Notes: a model not told the origin generated them from the letters alone. 64,000 nucleotides of DNA from Opitutales bacterium (GCA_965226885.1 CBDDEL010000012.1:256001-320000); one strand, 5' to 3'; positions 31,267 to 42,420 are shown, numbered from the stretch's first letter. A program made the numbers and translations.

Positions 31267-32532
31267 TTATTCTAAAACATGGGGGTCGAGCATTTTATCG
31301 ACCCGTATTTTATTGAGCTGAACGAACTTGGGAACCCCATTTTCATAAGGAATATCCATCTCGCCAAAGGTCAGAGGCAAGGCGTACTTGGTGAATTGAT
31401 AATTAAGACTGACACCGTCGTCATTTATCCAGGTGGCGGGAATCATCTTAACCCCATTGGCTACATCTTCAAGGTCGCACAGGCCGGTCTCGCAACTGTA
31501 TTGATCTCCATCCCCACGTATGAGGGTCACCATTTTCTCGGTTTCACCTTGTAAAACGGCCGCCTTTACCGCGGCCTGGCCCACCATAAACGATTCATTG
31601 TTATCCGTTTGCGAGGCGCAATGGGCCGCCGCCCGTTGACTGATGCCTAATTTGGCTACCCGCACTTTGATGCCCAGTTGCTGTTCCGCCATGGTGCGGA
31701 GATATTCTCCGGCGCCTCCCAACTGAGCGTGCCCGAAGGAGTCCGTCTGGGCGCTGGAAGTGGCCAGGTAATTGCCGTCCTGGTCAACGAGGCCCTCACC
31801 AACGACAACAAAACAAAACTTTCTTTTGCTCAGCACACGCTGCACGTCATCGAGGTATTTTTGGGGCGAAAAGGCGACTTCCGGCAGGTATATGAGGTGG
31901 GGCGGGTCGTTGGGGTGCTCCCGGCGTTTGGCCAGCGTGGAGCCGGCCGCGATCCAGCCAGCATTGCGGCCCATAACCTCGAGGATTGATACGAGGTCGC
32001 CCTGTCCCATGCTTTCGTTATCGGCAGCGATTTCTTTAACCGTGGTGGCCACGTATTTGATCACGGAGCCGTAACCGGGGCAGTGGTCGGTGGCCACCAA
32101 GTCGTTGTCGATCGTTTTGGGAATGCCGATTACGCGAAGGCCATAGCCCCGCTCAGCCGCCAATTTGGATATGCGGTCAGCCGTATCCTGGGAGTCATTG
32201 CCGCCGATATAGAAAAAATAGCGAATGTTGTGGGCCTGGAAGACCGCCAGAACGCGATCGAAATCCAGCGCCTTCTTCAGCTTGAACCGGCATGTGCCCA
32301 GGGCCGAAGCGGGCGTATAACGCAATCCTCTGATAGTCTGCTGCGATTCCTCCGCCAGATCGACCAGATCTTCCCTCAATATGCCAAGGATGCCGTTTAA
32401 TCCACCGTAGATTTCCTCAATCTCCTCATGATTGAGCGCTTCCGTGATTACACCTGCCAAACTGGAGTTAATAACCGCGGTGGGTCCACCCGATTGTGCA
32501 ATCAAACAATTACCTATTAGTTCTTCCGCCAT
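31267..32532 (-). CDS. pfkA: 6-phosphofructokinase (PPi/ATP family)
   Basis: QSGGPTAVIN, IGGNDS, PKTIDND, EVMGRNAGW. Confidence 0.9.
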   Translation of the reverse strand: MAEELIGNCLIAQSGGPTAVINSSLAGVITEALNHEEIEEIYGGLNGILGILREDLVDLAEESQQTIRGLRYTPASALGTCRFKLKKALDFDRVLAVFQAHNIRYFFYIGGNDSQDTADRISKLAAERGYGLRVIGIPKTIDNDLVATDHCPGYGSVIKYVATTVKEIAADNESMGQGDLVSILEVMGRNAGWIAAGSTLAKRREHPNDPPHLIYLPEVAFSPQKYLDDVQRVLSKRKFCFVVVGEGLVDQDGNYLATSSAQTDSFGHAQLGGAGEYLRTMAEQQLGIKVRVAKLGISQRAAAHCASQTDNNESFMVGQAAVKAAVLQGETEKMVTLIRGDGDQYSCETGLCDLEDVANGVKMIPATWINDDGVSLNYQFTKYALPLTFGEMDIPYENGVPKFVQLNKIRVDKMLDPHVLE

Positions 32533-32634
32533 TAGCTATGCTTTGTTTATTTAAATTCGAGCAGACACCAGAAATGCAAGGCGGCCATAAAGCAAATTCT
32601 TTTTTTGTAAATATCGCCGTTCCCGTTCTCTTTT

Positions 32635-34059
32635 TTACAGAATATCCCCCGGAACATATTTTAAGGTTTCCGGAAAACGGGTTTTCCAGCAATCCAGCCG
32701 GGAGATAAAGGCATCGACCTGGGACAGGGCTTGTCCAATGAGTTCATCTTCTTGACTGGCAATGACTTTCAATTTCTCAAGAGCAAGTCCCAGACGTCCA
32801 TCCGAAGCCAGTCGGTCAATCAAATTATTCTCTTTGGCCTTGCCGGAACGCAGGTCTCTGACCACAGCCAGGGCATGCTCTTTAATCAGTCTATGCGCGG
32901 TTTCCCTCCCCACCCCGTTCCGCACTGCCTCCGTTAGAATCGCCCCGCAGCTTAGGAAGGGTCCGTAGCGCTCATTTTCCCGCGCCATGGCCTCCGGGTA
33001 AATCTCCATGTTTTGCAGAACGGTGAGAAATGTTTCCAATAATCCGTCGATGACGAAAAAACTGTCCGGCAGGGCCACCCTCCGCACCACCGAGCAGGAG
33101 ACATCGCCCTCGTTCCACTGGCTGCCGCTTAGCTTGGCCGTCATGGCCAAATAGCCCTCCAGCAGAGCGCAAAATCCCACAATCCGCTCACAACTGCGGC
33201 AATTCACCTTATGGGGCATGGCGGTGGAGCCAACTTGTTCGCTGGCAAATCCTTCGCCGGCCAATTCCTGCCCCGCCATCAGCCTCAAGGTGGTGGCGAA
33301 TGCCCCCGGACCGGATGCCAGTTGGTAGAGAGAACTGACCACCTCGAAATCCAGACTACGCGGATATGTTTGGCCGGGCGCGGTTAATAATTTCTCAAAC
33401 CCAAGATGCTCTAAGACTTTGGCTTCCAGCTTTTCCACTTTGGCGGCATCGCCACCGAAAAAAGCGAGTTGGTCCGCCTGAGTCCCCACCGCCCCTTTCA
33501 GTCCCCGCGCCGGGTAATTTTCAATCAAATGGTCCAAACGATTCATTCCCAGCAGCAAATCTTCGCCGAACATAACCAGCCGTCGCCCATAGGTGGTCGA
33601 CTGGGCCGCCACATTGTGGGTCCGGGCCGTCAGGACCAGCCCTTTCCATTCCTCCGCCCGTCCGCAGAGCGCCATCAATGCCGAAACTGCTTTTTGCCGG
33701 ACTAGCTGCATGGCCTCCCGGATTTGCCACTGCTCCACATTTTCCGTCACATCGCGACTGGTCAATCCTCGATGGATATGCTCGTGCCCGGCCAGTGCGC
33801 AAAATTCCTCAATGCGGGCCTTGACGTCATGTTTAAGGAGCCGTTCTCGCCGCCGGATGCTTACCAGGTCGACCCGTTCAAGGACCGCTTCGCAAGCCTC
33901 GATAGCCTCCTGCGGTATATCCAGTCCGAGTTCTTTCTGGGCCTTCAACACGGCCAGCCAAAATTTCCGTTCCCTCACAATTTTGCCCGCCGGGGACCAT
34001 ATTGCGGCCATTTCCGGCGAGGCATAACGGGAAGCCAAAACATTGGGAATCTCTGTCAT
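32635..34059 (-). CDS. purB: Adenylosuccinate lyase
   Basis: LASRYAS, KHDVKA, TSRDV, GSTAMPHKVN. Confidence 0.95.
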   Translation of the reverse strand: MTEIPNVLASRYASPEMAAIWSPAGKIVRERKFWLAVLKAQKELGLDIPQEAIEACEAVLERVDLVSIRRRERLLKHDVKARIEEFCALAGHEHIHRGLTSRDVTENVEQWQIREAMQLVRQKAVSALMALCGRAEEWKGLVLTARTHNVAAQSTTYGRRLVMFGEDLLLGMNRLDHLIENYPARGLKGAVGTQADQLAFFGGDAAKVEKLEAKVLEHLGFEKLLTAPGQTYPRSLDFEVVSSLYQLASGPGAFATTLRLMAGQELAGEGFASEQVGSTAMPHKVNCRSCERIVGFCALLEGYLAMTAKLSGSQWNEGDVSCSVVRRVALPDSFFVIDGLLETFLTVLQNMEIYPEAMARENERYGPFLSCGAILTEAVRNGVGRETAHRLIKEHALAVVRDLRSGKAKENNLIDRLASDGRLGLALEKLKVIASQEDELIGQALSQVDAFISRLDCWKTRFPETLKYVPGDIL

Positions 34060-34240
34060 CGTTGCAATAGCAGTGGTTTATTGCCATACAAGCTATCCCC
34101 CGTCCAGCCTTAACAGCGGTTGGGCAATTCACGATGGATAGATTTCACATTAGGGTCGGATATCGGCAGGATTCCTGGAAGTATCTTTTCGGGCAAAGGT
34201 TGATTGATTGATTTTCGATTTTTGTCTACTGGTGCAAACC

Positions 34241-35233
34241 ATGAGAATAACGAATCACGGTTTAAACCTGGCCATTAGTTGCTCGCTTTTGGTGGCCGGT
34301 CTTGCCCTTGGAGCCGAAACTGAGAATGAAAATAAGGACGAATCCTTTCGTTTTTTCGCGTTTGGCGACATGCCTTATAACTCTGGGGACGAAGAAAAAA
34401 TGATGCGTTTGCTCGACGCCGCGGGGAAGGAGGATTTTCAATTTTTCGTTCATGTGGGGGATGTGAAATCGGGAACCAGTTTTTGTGACGATGCTGCCAT
34501 CCGGCACGCTTTCGATATTTTGCAGGCTCTTCCCGTTCCAGTAGTTTACTCACCGGGCGACAATGAATGGACGGACTGCCATCGCGAGTCCTGCGGCCAG
34601 TACGATCCTCTGGAGCGCTTGGACTTTCTCCGGGAGATCTTTTTTGGGGATAAGACCGCTCTCAAACTCAACCGGCTCAATGCCGTTCATTTGAGTGAGA
34701 GAAAGGAATTCGAGAAATATCCGGAGATTTACCGGTTCACCCGAAACGGCATTCTTTTTGTGGTTCTTCACATAGTTGGCAGCAATAACAACCGGACGCC
34801 GGAACGCCCTTCGACTCTGGCCGAATACGAGGAAAGAAACGCCGCCAATCTTTTCTTCTTAAAACAATCATTCCAGCTGGCCGAAAAAGACAACGTAAAT
34901 GGATTAGTTTTAATTCTTCACGCCAATCCCGGTTTGGAGAACACCGTGTGGAATGAAACCGGCAGTTGGCGGGAAGGCAGCGGTTTTCGAGATTTTTTAG
35001 AATCCTTATACGAACGGCTGGAAAATTTTCGCAAACCGGTCCTTTGCATTCATGGCGATTCGCATTATTTTCGGGTGGATAAACCGTTGTATTACAAAGG
35101 CTCCGGCAGGGTATTCGAGCATTTCACCCGAGCGGAAGTTTTTGGAGAACATAACATCCATGGAGTGGCCGTCACGGTCGATCCAAAGAGCCCCCAGGTC
35201 TTTTCCGTCGATCCTTTCATGTATCGGCCATAG
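34241..35233 (+). CDS. Secreted calcineurin-like metallophosphoesterase
   Basis: FGDMPY, HVGD, PGDNEWTDC, HGDSH; signal peptide. Confidence 0.85.
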   Translation: MRITNHGLNLAISCSLLVAGLALGAETENENKDESFRFFAFGDMPYNSGDEEKMMRLLDAAGKEDFQFFVHVGDVKSGTSFCDDAAIRHAFDILQALPVPVVYSPGDNEWTDCHRESCGQYDPLERLDFLREIFFGDKTALKLNRLNAVHLSERKEFEKYPEIYRFTRNGILFVVLHIVGSNNNRTPERPSTLAEYEERNAANLFFLKQSFQLAEKDNVNGLVLILHANPGLENTVWNETGSWREGSGFRDFLESLYERLENFRKPVLCIHGDSHYFRVDKPLYYKGSGRVFEHFTRAEVFGEHNIHGVAVTVDPKSPQVFSVDPFMYRP

Positions 35234-35307
35234 AATATTTCATCAAGCGTGGAGTCCGAATGGGATAAGGGTGCCTGTAAGCTTTTGAGGTTTGCTGCGA
35301 CTAGGTA

Positions 35308-37161
35308 GAGGCTGTCCCAAAAATATAAAGATTTTATAGTCAACTGGATGACGTTGATAAAAAGAGCCGGAAAGAGCAAGTTTTTGCTCGATCCGGCCAA
35401 AAACGGGTTCTATAAAAGGGTTCTATAATTGAGTTAGCGAAAATCAATATAGCCCTTTCTATGAAAAATATAGCCATCCAATGCCTCCTGCGTCCAGCTT
35501 TAACTGTGGTCGACCGGTGCCTCGATTACGATAACTTCCGCGCCACCATTGATCGAATCGATCGGCTGCTGATCGACTCGGAGGTGGAATCGCAGGCCAT
35601 TGAGCTGGCCTTGGAGGGGTGGCCGCCAATGGGTCTAAAGGCCCGGCGGCAGCGGGCCAGTTTTGCCATCAAGGCACTGCGCATGGATACGCTGGGCCGT
35701 CTGCTCGGAGGGATTTCGTTTCGGCATTTGTCGCGGGCTCTGGGCAGCAGCGATCTGTTGGCCGACTTTTGCCGTGTCCGGCAGATCGATGGCATCAGGG
35801 GCATCTCCAAAAGCACCCTGGAGCGGGCCTCGAAGTTTTTCAGCGAAGAGCAGTTGAGGGCCTTGCACCGGACCTTGACTGAGGTGGTGGGCGATGCCCT
35901 TCTGGCCCGGCAGGTGGGATTGGACAAGCCGATTGACACCACCATTTGCCTGATCGACGGCACCTGTTTGGAGGCTAACATTCATTGGCCGACGGACTGG
36001 GTATTACTCAAGGATGTAGCCGGCACGTTGCTCAAAGCGATCCGGCTGATCCGCGAGAAGGCCGGTGTGCGCCATCGCATGCCGATCGAACCGGAGCCCT
36101 TGGCTCGGCAGATGAATCGGCTGTGCATACAGATGACCCACAGCCGGCGGCGAAAGGACAGCGCGCGGCAGCGCAAGGGTATCTTGAGGCAGATGAAAAA
36201 GCTGCTCAAACGGATCGGGGAGCATGCCCGCAGTCACCGGGAATTATTGCAAGCCTGCTGGGAGCAAAGCGATTACAGCGAAAAACAGGTCCAACAGATC
36301 CTCGCCCGGATGGAGCGCATGAGCGAGCAAATCCCGGTGGTCATCAAACAGGCGCACGAGCGGATCATTGGCGGCCGCCAGGTGAAAAACGCAGAGAAAG
36401 TCTTGAGTGTTTACGAACTCGATGTGCAGGTGATTGTGCGAGGTAAAGCGGGCCAAGAGGTCGAGTTCGGCAACACCCTGTTTTTGGGAGAAAGCGTTGA
36501 AGGGTACCTGCTGGACTGGAAACTCTACGGCAGCCGAACTCCAAGCGAAAATGAACAAATGCAAGAGAGTTTGCAAAGACAGAACCGCTTCAACCTGGAA
36601 GAACCCATAGCGGCCATGTGCGCGGACCGGGGATTTGCCTCCCAGCGGGCCCGCCGGCAGTTAGCCCAGGAGGGAATCTACGACGCGCTCTGTCCACGCG
36701 ATCCGAAGCAGTTGAAAAAACGGATGGAGGAACCACTGTTCAGGCAATTGCAAAAGCGCCGGGCCAGCACCGAAGGGCGGATCGGGGTATTGAAGAATCG
36801 CTGGCAGGCCGGGCGGTTGCGCAGCAAAGGCTTTGCCAACCGCTCGATCAGCGTAGCCTGGTCGGTACTCTCGCACAACCCCTGGTCGGTACTCTCGCAC
36901 AACCTATGGAAAGTAGCCAAGATGCTGGCCCAGCAAGACGAACTAAAAACCAAAGCGGCGGCCTAGAGAGCGGAAAAGCAAGGACAATACTTTTTCACAG
37001 CCGTACTGTCGGCTCATACAAAGAAACCCAGGCAACCGGACCCCAAAACCAGTATCCTAACGTCATAGGAGAGCAAAGTTGATACTCTCCCAAATGCAAA
37101 TACCTCTAAAATGAGCGCCTATCAAAAGCCCTCGCAGAAATCACCCTTTTGGGACAGCCTC
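35308..37161 (+). mobile_element. IS5-like/ISNCY insertion sequence (1854 bp)
   Basis: Perfect 15-bp TIR GAGGCTGTCCCAAAA; 6-bp TSD TAGGTA (35302-35307, 37162-37167). Confidence 0.93.
35461..36966 (+). CDS. DDE transposase with an in-frame 8-aa duplication
   Basis: IDGTCLEANIHWPTD, RGKAGQEVEFG, ADRGF, RASTEGRIG; WSVLSHN occurs twice. Confidence 0.9.
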   Translation: MKNIAIQCLLRPALTVVDRCLDYDNFRATIDRIDRLLIDSEVESQAIELALEGWPPMGLKARRQRASFAIKALRMDTLGRLLGGISFRHLSRALGSSDLLADFCRVRQIDGIRGISKSTLERASKFFSEEQLRALHRTLTEVVGDALLARQVGLDKPIDTTICLIDGTCLEANIHWPTDWVLLKDVAGTLLKAIRLIREKAGVRHRMPIEPEPLARQMNRLCIQMTHSRRRKDSARQRKGILRQMKKLLKRIGEHARSHRELLQACWEQSDYSEKQVQQILARMERMSEQIPVVIKQAHERIIGGRQVKNAEKVLSVYELDVQVIVRGKAGQEVEFGNTLFLGESVEGYLLDWKLYGSRTPSENEQMQESLQRQNRFNLEEPIAAMCADRGFASQRARRQLAQEGIYDALCPRDPKQLKKRMEEPLFRQLQKRRASTEGRIGVLKNRWQAGRLRSKGFANRSISVAWSVLSHNPWSVLSHNLWKVAKMLAQQDELKTKAAA

Positions 37162-37212
37162 TAGGTAAGCAAAAGAGTAATTCAAAAACCATAAAATAGG
37201 AATAAAATCACC

Positions 37213-37554
37213 ATGAGCGGCAATAACACGGTAAATGTGACTGAATCCACTTTCGGCGAGGAAGTTTTGCAATCGAGCAAGCCTGTGCTGGTCGATTTCT
37301 GGGCGGATTGGTGCGGCCCATGCAAAATGATCGCGCCGGTGCTTGAGGAAATTGCCGACGAACACCAAAACTCTGTCAAGATAGCCAAGGTTAATGTGGA
37401 TGAAAACCAAAATTTGGCCAATCAGTTCGGCATCAGCGCTATCCCCACAATGGTGATTTTTGAGGGTGGAAAGGTGACCGGCAAGATTGTCGGATTTTCC
37501 GGCAAAGAAGCACTCCTGAGCAAGCTGGGCCTGACCTCAGATGCTGCTAATTGA
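37213..37554 (+). CDS. trxA: Thioredoxin
   Basis: DFWADWCGPCK. Confidence 0.96.
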   Translation: MSGNNTVNVTESTFGEEVLQSSKPVLVDFWADWCGPCKMIAPVLEEIADEHQNSVKIAKVNVDENQNLANQFGISAIPTMVIFEGGKVTGKIVGFSGKEALLSKLGLTSDAAN

Positions 37555-37619
37555 TCGCGTAGGATCATGGAGAAGATTTGCCGCCAGAGATCGCAACAAC
37601 TTCAGGCTGAAGTTGTAGG

Positions 37620-38480
37620 TTAAATTGTCCGCAGCAATTTGTAAACCTGGACCAGTTCTTCCCGCGCCAGAGGGAGGACTTCGGCCATGTCGTAGTCGCT
37701 CAAACCGATATTTTCCAATACTTCCAGCGGCACTTTCAGGCTTGAATTGCCATTGCCACTCCCGTTCCGGGCTGTCGCGCAGGCCGCCGCGGATATGCTG
37801 GAGCGCAGCAGACAGGCCATCGGGGTGTGTTCGTTCGACGACGATTGCAAGGGATTTAGCTGGTATAGGACCGGCTGGGTCAGTTCGTTGGTAAAATCCC
37901 ATTTTGCAAGCACTTCACCTCCGATTTCGGCATGGTCGGTATCGAATATGTTTCTTTCCCATTGGGCCAATGATATATAATCCTTGTCCACTCCGTAATC
38001 GATTTCGCCTGAATAGACCTCCATAAATTGATTCAAAATCCATTTGCCCACCGAATGCACAAGACCGACCGTGTAGGCGGTATGGCCATCCATGGATGTA
38101 ATGCGGGCGAACCGTTCCATGATGATGGCCGTCAATACAGTGGTGCGCCAAATTTCCTCCGAGGTGAGAGGGTATGCGGACTTGCGGGAATTCATCATGT
38201 CCAGAATAGCAACGATGGCAGCCAGTTTATAGACTTCTCTGGAACCGAGAAGGGAAATAGCCTCCTCGATACTGTCAGTCGGGGTCGGCGTTCCGAAATA
38301 TGCGCTATTGCTCAAACGCATGACCGAGGTGGCCAGGGAGGAATCCACTTTTATAATCGAGGCAATGTCATTGAGGTCCGAATCTTCATCCGCAATGGCC
38401 TGCCGAAGCCGGGCCAGGACATGATGAGATGGGGGCACGGTATTGAACCTGCGTATAAAGTCTTTCAGTTCCTCCTTCAT
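37620..38480 (-). CDS. HDOD-domain protein
   Basis: DSSLATSVMRLSNSAYF, GLVHSVGK, DHAEIGG..W. Confidence 0.88.
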   Translation of the reverse strand: MKEELKDFIRRFNTVPPSHHVLARLRQAIADEDSDLNDIASIIKVDSSLATSVMRLSNSAYFGTPTPTDSIEEAISLLGSREVYKLAAIVAILDMMNSRKSAYPLTSEEIWRTTVLTAIIMERFARITSMDGHTAYTVGLVHSVGKWILNQFMEVYSGEIDYGVDKDYISLAQWERNIFDTDHAEIGGEVLAKWDFTNELTQPVLYQLNPLQSSSNEHTPMACLLRSSISAAACATARNGSGNGNSSLKVPLEVLENIGLSDYDMAEVLPLAREELVQVYKLLRTI

Positions 38481-38637
38481 TTAGGAGACTATATCGGCCT
38501 CTTGAGTCATCTCTAAAATAAATGAAATCCCATTCCATCTGTTTACGCGCAAACCAATTTCGAGCCTAAAATAATAAGGATCAAAGCATTAGGAATCCAT
38601 GAATGATCTGCTCTGCCGCCCCGGGAAATAATCAAGC

Positions 38638-38904
38638 TTAATTTGAATCTTTGCGGAATGATAATTCGGCCTCGGCGGCAAGGAATTTTTGCTCCCATTC
38701 ATCGTTGATATGATCGGTCTGTTGCAAGAGGTAGCGGGCCGCAAACTGCAAATCGGGCGGATATTCGATTCCTAAAAAATCGAGGATGGCAAGGGCGGTT
38801 TCCTCAAATTTCTCAACCAAATCCTCATAGACGACCTTGAAAGGCTCGATTCCTTTTTCAAGGAAAAACCGGTTCCAATATTTTTCGCTCTCGATCGCAA
38901 AATT
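38638..38904 (-). pseudogene. 3' remnant of a Stf0-like sulfotransferase, 5' part lost at IS1
   Basis: W-RFF-EKGIEP--VVYEDL...QQTD-INDEW resembles the Stf0 C-terminus; frame runs into the IS1 end. Confidence 0.6.
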
Positions 38905-39706
38905 GGTAGTGTATAAAAAAAGAATGTTATTTTGTATTTTTAGCTGTACAAATAGCGTTAGGCAGTTTATTCTTAGTGCATGGTTACTAAAATTATTAAT
39001 TGTCGGCACTGTGGAAGTGAAAATATCATTAAATTTGGCAAGACGCCCAACCATAAACAGCGCTACCGCTGCCATGATTGTGGTAAACAAAGCCGCGAAA
39101 ACCCCACAGTGAAATACACCGAAGAGCAAAAAGAAATGATCCTTCGAGTCTATCAGGAACGCAGCAGTCTACGCGGTTTACAGCGCGCCTTCGGGGTGAG
39201 TCCCAACACCGTTTTGAGTTGGTTAAAAAAAACGACAATCGCTGCGACCGCTCAAAAGCACGATTCTTGCGGCCCGCCGCCATGATGTCATTGAACTGGA
39301 CGAACTGTGGTCTTTTGTGGGGCGCAAGAGCGATGCCCAATGGGTTTGGATCGCTCTTTGCCGACGCACCCGTCAAATCCTCTCCTATGCCATTGGGCCT
39401 CGGGATTGGTATCGTTGCCGGGAACTTTACGAGCGTCTGCCACGGGCCTACAAAAGATGTGCCACCTACAGCGACTTTTGGAGCACTTATGATGAAGTCT
39501 TTCCTCATAACCGATCCGTGGGAAAAGAAACCGGTGAAACGGCCCATGTGGAACGATGGAACAATACCCTGCGCCAACGACTGGGTCGTTTCACACGCAA
39601 AACCCTCTCCTTTTCCAAGCTTAAGAGTATGCATGAAACCTGTCTGAGACTTTTCATTCATCAATATAATCAAGAATTAGCCACCATTCCTACTTAATAC
39701 ACTACC
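38905..39706 (+). mobile_element. IS1-family element (802 bp), no TSD
   Basis: TIRs GGTAGTGTAT...ATACACTACC; insA/insB-like ORFs. Confidence 0.92.
38980..39697 (+). CDS. IS1 InsAB transposase, split at an A8 run
   Basis: InsA zinc finger CRHC..CHDC plus HTH; InsB IELDELWSFV, SDFW, HVERWNNTLR. Confidence 0.88.
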
Positions 39707-40740
39707 GATTTCCAGCCGGGGAAATCAGGTATGTCCGTCCCGTCGAAGACATCGTTTTGACCGGAATCGGTAACCGTCACCAAAAAAGAAGTCTCAGCGG
39801 AGAGATTGTGCGTATCGAAGGTGGCGACCGAGATTTCGGCTTGGCCCGTTTGACCGGAAATGAAGTCTAGGCGCAGTTCGCTACCCACAATCGAGACGGT
39901 GAGAAGGTTCTGGTTGTTGTTCGTGAGCTGGAAAGATAAAACCGCCGTCGAATTTTCCACCGTTGGATAAATGTTGATGCTTGAAACGGTAGTGAAAGTG
40001 ACAAAGAATTCCGCAGACAGGGCAACGCCGTTATTAAAATCTTCCACAGAAAAACCGGTCAAAGGCAGCTCGTCGAACGGCGAAGCAAAGGGGAAATCGA
40101 TCAGATTTGCGATCGCGTTGACTACGGTAATGCTGTTTCCGATGATCCGTCCAAAGACGGTAAATCCGCCATTCTGTTCGTCCAGGTTGGCGCTATTATC
40201 GCCCACACTAATAAACCACTGGCTGGTGGCGCTGTCTGGGTTCCCCCCTTGTTTGGCCATGGCGATGGTTCCGACAGTATTCGAGATGCCGGGCTCGTTG
40301 CTAATGGGATCAATCTCTCGAAAGGTATCCAGCAGAAATTCGCCTGTACCCTGAGTGTTGATAAAGCCACCGCTCTGGATGACAAAATTGGGCGGTGATC
40401 GGTGTATAATCGTATTATTGTAATCACCCGCGGTGACCAGATTCAAAAAATTGGCGACCGTTACGGGCCGGTTGTAAGGGGTGTTAGCGTCGAACAACTC
40501 CAGATTGATGATGCCCAAATTGGAGTTGAACTGAACGACTTGACCGAGGACGTTGGTCACCTGGAAGTGGTTCCGCAGGTCAATTGCCAGGGTCGTTGAG
40601 GTGTCGGGGTCAACGAAGTCCTCAATGTCGGTGATGACGGCCGGGCCGGTAAACTCATTGGGCAATGTAATGATTTGCGAAAAGATCTTCGGCAATGGAA
40701 AGGCTATTGCTAGGAATAAAAAAGTAAGGATTAGCTTCAT
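39707..40740 (-). pseudogene. Secreted cyclophilin-type PPIase, C-terminally truncated by IS1
   Basis: TVANFL, HR..NFVIQSGG, GTIAMAK, SATSQWF; last codons and stop come from the IS1 TIR. Confidence 0.8.
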
Positions 40741-40768
40741 TTGGGGTTTTAGCAGCTTCTAAATAAGA

Positions 40769-42280
40769 TTAAGTATAAAGGGGAAGGTAACGTTCCTTGA
40801 GGTATCGGATGAGCCCCTCGGGAGAGAGTTCCTGACCGGTAATCTTGCGGGTTAGTTCCAGGGTATTGTATTGGCGGCCCCGGTAGTGGACATTTTCCCG
40901 CAGCCATTCTAAAAGCCGGCCGAACTCGCCCCTGGCAAAATCTTCCTCAATATCCGGGTAAACTTCCTTAATCCGATGCCAGAGCTGGGCCGCGATCATG
41001 TTGCCAAGGCAATAGCTGGGAAAATACCCGAAAGCGCCACCCGACCAATGGACATCCTGGAGACAGCCTTTGGACATGGTTTTGGGCCTTATGCCGATGA
41101 TTTCTTCCGATGCATTGTTCCAGGCCTCCGGCAGTTCTGCCACCGCCAATTCTCCGCTAAAGAATTTTTTCTCCAACTCAAAACGCAGGATTATGTGCAA
41201 ATTGTAGGTCACTTCATCGGAATCGACCCGAATCGGTATGATGCTCACGGCGTTGATGGCCATGAACAGTTCCTGACTGGAAACATCGGCCAATTGGGCG
41301 GGAAAAGTTTTCCTCAAAACCGGCTCCCAATATTGCCAGAAAGCCTGGCTTCGGCCCACCTGGTTTTCCCACAAACGGCTCTGGGATTCATGCATGGCCA
41401 TGCCCACAGCCTCGCTCAAGCCTGTCCCCAGATGCTCCAGGGGCAAACCCTGCTCATAAAGCCCGTGGCCGGTCTCGTGGATGGCGCTGAATAGGGAATT
41501 GAGGGGGTTGTCGATTTCGTAACGGGTCGTCATGCGTGTATCGGCCCCGTTGCCGGAGCAAAAGGGGTGCACGGAGGTGTCGATGCGCCCGCGGCTGAAA
41601 TCGAAACCGAGTTTGGTCGATATCTGTTTTAACATTTTTTCCTGACCCTCCCGGGAGAATCCTTTGAAAATGGAAGTATCCGGCTTGACCGGGGAATCGA
41701 CAATCCGCTTCACCAATGGCAAAAGATCGATTTTAAGGGAACCGAAGATTTTTTCGACAAAATCGGCCGTCAACCCCGGATCGTGTTTGTCGATATGGTA
41801 ATCGTAAGCCGTTTCCTCTTTGTAGCCGACCCGTTCCGCTTCCACTTTGGCCATTTCCACCTGTTTTTGCAGAAAGGGAGCGAAAAGCTCAAAATCACCT
41901 TTTTGCCTGGCCTCGGCCCAGGCGTGGAAAGCCCGGCTGTTGAGCGCGGATTGCCGGGCCACGAAGGCGGGAGAAAGCTTTACCGCCCGGTCGTAATTAC
42001 GGCGGGCTTCCCGTATAACGGTCAGTTTTTCAATGCCATCGTCATCGACACCTCCGTTCAGGTCCGCTTCCAATTCATCCAGCCAATGGGCCAGCCGCTC
42101 ATGGGTGCACTCACGGTGGACAATTTCCGACAAGGCGGCCATCTCCTCGGCCCGGCGCTCGCTGCTACCCGGCGGCAAGTTGACCTGTTCATCCCATTCC
42201 AGCAATTCGAGAGCCGTTTTGAGCCGATTTATGCGCTGCAAGTCGGAGATCAAATCCTCATAAGCAGTAGTAGGTATCAT
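40769..42280 (-). CDS. M32 carboxypeptidase (Taq type)
   Basis: HPF, HETGH, HESQS, IRVDSDE, GCLQDVHW, GYFPSY. Confidence 0.95.
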   Translation of the reverse strand: MIPTTAYEDLISDLQRINRLKTALELLEWDEQVNLPPGSSERRAEEMAALSEIVHRECTHERLAHWLDELEADLNGGVDDDGIEKLTVIREARRNYDRAVKLSPAFVARQSALNSRAFHAWAEARQKGDFELFAPFLQKQVEMAKVEAERVGYKEETAYDYHIDKHDPGLTADFVEKIFGSLKIDLLPLVKRIVDSPVKPDTSIFKGFSREGQEKMLKQISTKLGFDFSRGRIDTSVHPFCSGNGADTRMTTRYEIDNPLNSLFSAIHETGHGLYEQGLPLEHLGTGLSEAVGMAMHESQSRLWENQVGRSQAFWQYWEPVLRKTFPAQLADVSSQELFMAINAVSIIPIRVDSDEVTYNLHIILRFELEKKFFSGELAVAELPEAWNNASEEIIGIRPKTMSKGCLQDVHWSGGAFGYFPSYCLGNMIAAQLWHRIKEVYPDIEEDFARGEFGRLLEWLRENVHYRGRQYNTLELTRKITGQELSPEGLIRYLKERYLPLYT

Positions 42281-42420
42281 GCCAGCAGTATTTTACGCCT
42301 CGATTATAGGGCAAACCCTAAAAAGACCGGAAAGTTGTCAGAAAACTGCCGGATGCAATTCCCTTTGACTTGGCTGGCGGGGTAGGCATATGTACCACTG
42401 ATTATTAATATTGATTGGTT

